Virus record (IMG/VR): IMGVR_UViG_3300045988_100094
From: a virus
Direction: 5' to 3' (one strand)
DNA: 34,856 nucleotides
In this document: piece after piece, positions 32,703-34,856 of the stretch
Position numbering within the stretch: position 1 is the first letter of the stretch
Layout of the letters: each line of letters starts with the position of its first letter
The notes under the pieces: generated by a model
What the model was told of the DNA's origin: nothing
The model's database searches: none
What the model saw: the letters and a program-made list of their open reading frames with translations, nothing else
Program-made: the position numbers and the translations under genes

Positions 32703-32865
32703 TTATTGACAAAATAAAGCAGAGTTAGATGAATGCGAAGATAAAGAACAATTCAACTATCTCGCATTTATGCAAAAATATAAATTAAAGACCATCGCCG
32801 ATGAAACAATGGTGAAAGAAGAATTTTATGATTTAGTGAATATAATTTAATTTGGAGATACTTAT

Positions 32866-33285
32866 ATGAAAATAGGGATAAGAAAACCTAGTTTAAAGAG
32901 AAGTCTAAAAGCTAGGAGCACATCAAAGTGGAAACGCCAAATGAAAAAAGCGGTGATCCCAGGATATGGACAAAAAGGAATAGGCTGGATTAAAAACCCT
33001 AAAAAGGCACTATATAACAAGGTTTATCACAAAACAACTTTTGGATTATCTGACATTGTGAAATCTTCAAAAAAGAAAGGTTCAGCTAAAGTTAAGAAAA
33101 AAGCTGTCCGACAAGCTAAAGACTACACGGTAAAAGACTATAAGCAGGCCGGCATTGTAATGATTATTTTAGGTCTGCTATTGATGTTTCTAATACCATT
33201 TTTAGGGACATTTTTGTTATTATTTGGTATTATTTCATTCTTTGTTGCCACTCTATTTTCTAAAAAATATTCAAGGAGTAAATAA
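32866..33285 (+). CDS. Basic membrane protein expressed from the lysogeny strand (superinfection-exclusion candidate)
   Basis: 139 aa. Lys/Arg-rich N-terminal two-thirds, with two C-terminal TM segments (GIVMIILGLLLMFLIPFLGTFLLLFGIISFFVATLF). Confidence 0.65.
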   Translation: MKIGIRKPSLKRSLKARSTSKWKRQMKKAVIPGYGQKGIGWIKNPKKALYNKVYHKTTFGLSDIVKSSKKKGSAKVKKKAVRQAKDYTVKDYKQAGIVMIILGLLLMFLIPFLGTFLLLFGIISFFVATLFSKKYSRSK

Positions 33286-33555
33286 ATGGGATTTTTTGAC
33301 AAAGCAAAAGAAGAAGGATCTTTCTCTACCGCTTCAGGTATTGAAAATCTTCACTATGTCGTATTACAAGTGACTTTGAAAGAAAAATTTATTGGAACTG
33401 GTTCAGGAAATTTAACAGAGCTAGAAAATGTCATCAATAAGCAGGCTAAAAAAGGCTATCGCCTACACACCATTGCTACTAGTAACGGTGGAAGTAAAGG
33501 TCTAGTTGGCGGAGATAGGATTCAAGCTACTATGGTTTTTGAAAAAATTTATTAA
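33286..33555 (+). CDS. DUF4177-like small protein
   Basis: 89 aa. HYVVLQV...LENVINKQAKKGYRLHTIA...ATMVFEK matches the recalled DUF4177 pattern. AGGAG lies 7 nt upstream, and the ATG abuts the previous stop. Confidence 0.55.
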   Translation: MGFFDKAKEEGSFSTASGIENLHYVVLQVTLKEKFIGTGSGNLTELENVINKQAKKGYRLHTIATSNGGSKGLVGGDRIQATMVFEKIY

Positions 33556-33560
33556 ATAAA

Positions 33561-33598
33561 AATCCCCACGCTGCCGACCAAAGCAAAGCGTGAGGATT
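33561..33598 (-). terminator. Minus-strand intrinsic terminator between the DUF4177-like gene and int
   Basis: 12-bp stem (33561-33572 / 33587-33598). Its single non-Watson-Crick position is G-U on the minus-strand RNA but C-A on the plus-strand RNA. TTTTTATTT follows only on the minus strand. Confidence 0.45.
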
Positions 33599-33674
33599 GA
33601 CTCTGTATAGTAATCAGGCATTAAAAAGCCCTTTTTACTTACCCATTTTATCAAAAAGTGAGGTAAAATACAAT

Positions 33675-34745
33675 ATGGCATCAATTAGAAAAAGAGGAAA
33701 ATACTTTGAATACCGTGTCGTCTATCATGATAGCTTAGGAGAAAGACATGAAGCTTCATGTGGTGGCTTTAAGACGAAGGCACAAGCGAGAGCCGCAGGG
33801 CAAAAAAGAGAAGTTGAGTTGCGTAATTCGCCAATGTCTAATAATGAAGTCACCATGCTTGATTATTATAAGGCGTGGGCACAACTTTATAAAAAGCCTT
33901 ACATCAAGAAAAAAACTTGGAACTCTTACAAACAAACAAAAAATCACATCATTAAGTATTTTGGGCAAATCAAACTTAAAGATATGACACCAGTCAGATA
34001 TCAAGAGTTTTTAAACAAATTTGGTTCAAAATATGCTCAAGATACGATTGAACGGACACACTACCATATAAAATCAGCTGTTAAAATTGCTGTTCGCGAT
34101 CAACTTATTCCATCGAATTTCACAGAAGGAGCGGTTGTTAAATCACAAAAAGAAAAAAAGCCAGAAGCTGAAAGCTATCTTGAAGAAGATGAGTATTTCT
34201 ATGTCATTTCAAAGACTCAAGAAAATCCACAATATATTTCACATATGACTCTCTATATTCTGGCTATTAGTGGAATGAGATTCGCTGAAGCTATGGGTCT
34301 AACTTGGGATGACATTGATTTTAAAAACCAAGTTTTCAGAGTTGAAAATACATGGGACTACTCTGACACAGAAGATTTTTCAGAAACTAAGAACGAACAA
34401 TCTATTAGAGAAATCCCCTTTAATGATAATGTAGCAAGAGTTTTGAAGAATTATAAGAAAAACTATTGGCGAGAAAATAAACAAGGTCGTGTTCTTTTTG
34501 GAGCGTCAAATAGAGCCACTAACACGGCTTTAAAAAGAATGGTCAAGAGAGAAGTCCACCCGCATACTTTGAGACACACATACGCCTCCTATCTCATTTT
34601 TAAGGAGGTACCAGTTGCCAGTATCTCAAAACTGTTGGGACACAAATCAATATTAGTAACACTCAAGGTTTATGCCCACCAGTTTGAAAAAATGAAAGAA
34701 AAACATCATTCAGAAGTTAGAAATATTTTATCAGAAATTCATTAG
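33675..34745 (+). CDS. int: Tyrosine integrase
   Basis: MASIRKRGKYFEYRVVY... is an arm-binding N-terminal style. Catalytic boxes are SGMRFAEA, HPHTLRHTYAS and LGHKSILVTLKVYAH. The ATG at 33675 with GTGAGG upstream is preferred to the track start at 33597. Confidence 0.9.
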   Translation: MASIRKRGKYFEYRVVYHDSLGERHEASCGGFKTKAQARAAGQKREVELRNSPMSNNEVTMLDYYKAWAQLYKKPYIKKKTWNSYKQTKNHIIKYFGQIKLKDMTPVRYQEFLNKFGSKYAQDTIERTHYHIKSAVKIAVRDQLIPSNFTEGAVVKSQKEKKPEAESYLEEDEYFYVISKTQENPQYISHMTLYILAISGMRFAEAMGLTWDDIDFKNQVFRVENTWDYSDTEDFSETKNEQSIREIPFNDNVARVLKNYKKNYWRENKQGRVLFGASNRATNTALKRMVKREVHPHTLRHTYASYLIFKEVPVASISKLLGHKSILVTLKVYAHQFEKMKEKHHSEVRNILSEIH

Positions 34746-34748
34746 TCA

Positions 34749-34769
34749 GTGGGCAAATGGTGGGCAAAT
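34749..34769 (+). repeat. Second copy of GTGGGCAAATGGTGGGCAAAT
   Basis: Identical 21-mer to 116-136. It starts 3 nt after the int stop codon. Confidence 0.6.
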
Positions 34770-34805
34770 ATCTATAAACCGTTGATATATCAATGGTTTC
34801 AAATC

Positions 34806-34856
34806 CGTCTACCGCCTTTCAATACCTGACTTGTCAGGAATCAACCGAATGAAAAG
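34806..34856. repeat. Right copy of 51-nt terminal direct repeat
   Basis: Identical to 1-51 and runs into the window edge. Confidence 0.85.

Larger units (their letters stand above)
1..34856. mobile_element. Complete temperate siphovirus (prophage bounded by att repeats, or circular phage contig)
   Basis: Full set of lysogeny, replication, packaging, head, tail and lysis modules in phage order. Integrase at one end. Identical 51-nt sequence at both window ends. Confidence 0.9.

Noticed and set aside
32710-32850. Open frame (...AELDECEDKEQFNYLAFMQKYKLKTIADETMVKEEFYDLVNII) between cI and the membrane-protein gene.
   Set aside because: There is no start codon before 32770 and no RBS. It is most likely the 3' remnant of a displaced gene, so it is not called as a CDS.
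33502-33684. 60-aa minus-strand ORF and the overlapping track ORFs within int (33748-33987 plus strand, 33756-34004 minus strand).
   Set aside because: These are shadow ORFs of the integrase region with no translation signals.
34785-34815. GGTTTCAAATCC resembling a tRNA T-loop next to the right att repeat.
   Set aside because: It has an extra T relative to the GTTCAAATC consensus. No complementary T-stem, acceptor stem or CCA context could be built. There is no tRNA gene in the window.
1-34856. Search for CRISPR arrays, tRNA/tmRNA genes, reverse transcriptases (retron/DGR), transposases and IS elements.
   Set aside because: I could not see any regularly spaced repeat-spacer array, cloverleaf-compatible sequence, RT motif (YxDD) or transposase-like ORF on either strand.

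Overview
The window is one complete temperate siphovirus genome of about 34.8 kb, of the AT-rich Streptococcus / lactic-acid-bacteria type. It is either a prophage cut at its att repeats or a circular phage contig, because nt 1-51 are identical to nt 34806-34856.

Lytic genes run on the minus strand, from about 31.8 kb down to 1.4 kb, in this order:
- small early genes, SSB, an orphan DNA methyltransferase, and a replisome organizer/DnaD gene with an internal iteron origin
- ArpU late activator, a second short tyrosine recombinase, and an HNH endonuclease
- portal, a MuF-like minor capsid protein with a long C-terminal extension, and three small ORFs
- a large terminase split into two ORFs, then scaffold, major capsid and head-tail connectors
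- major tail protein, G/G-T tail chaperones with a canonical A_AAA_AAC -1 frameshift, tape measure, Dit and a 1372-aa tail fibre
- DUF1366-like protein, a membrane protein, holin and an Amidase_5-type endolysin

Lysogeny genes are on the plus strand at the right end: a LexA-like CI repressor, a membrane protein, a DUF4177-like protein and the integrase.

Accessory, probably lysogen-expressed cargo:
- an AbiD/AbiF-type HEPN gene with its own consensus promoter, between the lysin and att
- a DUF4393/Abi_alpha-like gene paired with a small HTH regulator
- a DUF2513-like gene paired with another HTH regulator

Most unusual observations:
1. The position normally held by cro, directly downstream of a consensus CI-operated promoter, holds three tiny hydrophobic ORFs and a run of stable hairpins. 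These converge on the Abi_alpha gene.
2. The MuF protein has a polymorphic-toxin-like C-terminal domain, and the next ORF is translationally coupled to it.
3. TerL is split between Walker A and Walker B. It sits downstream of portal/MuF, and no terS is recognisable.
4. A catalytic-domain-only tyrosine recombinase lies next to an intergenic region rich in inverted and direct repeats.

All functional calls come from reading the translated ORFs and recalling family motifs. No database search was run.
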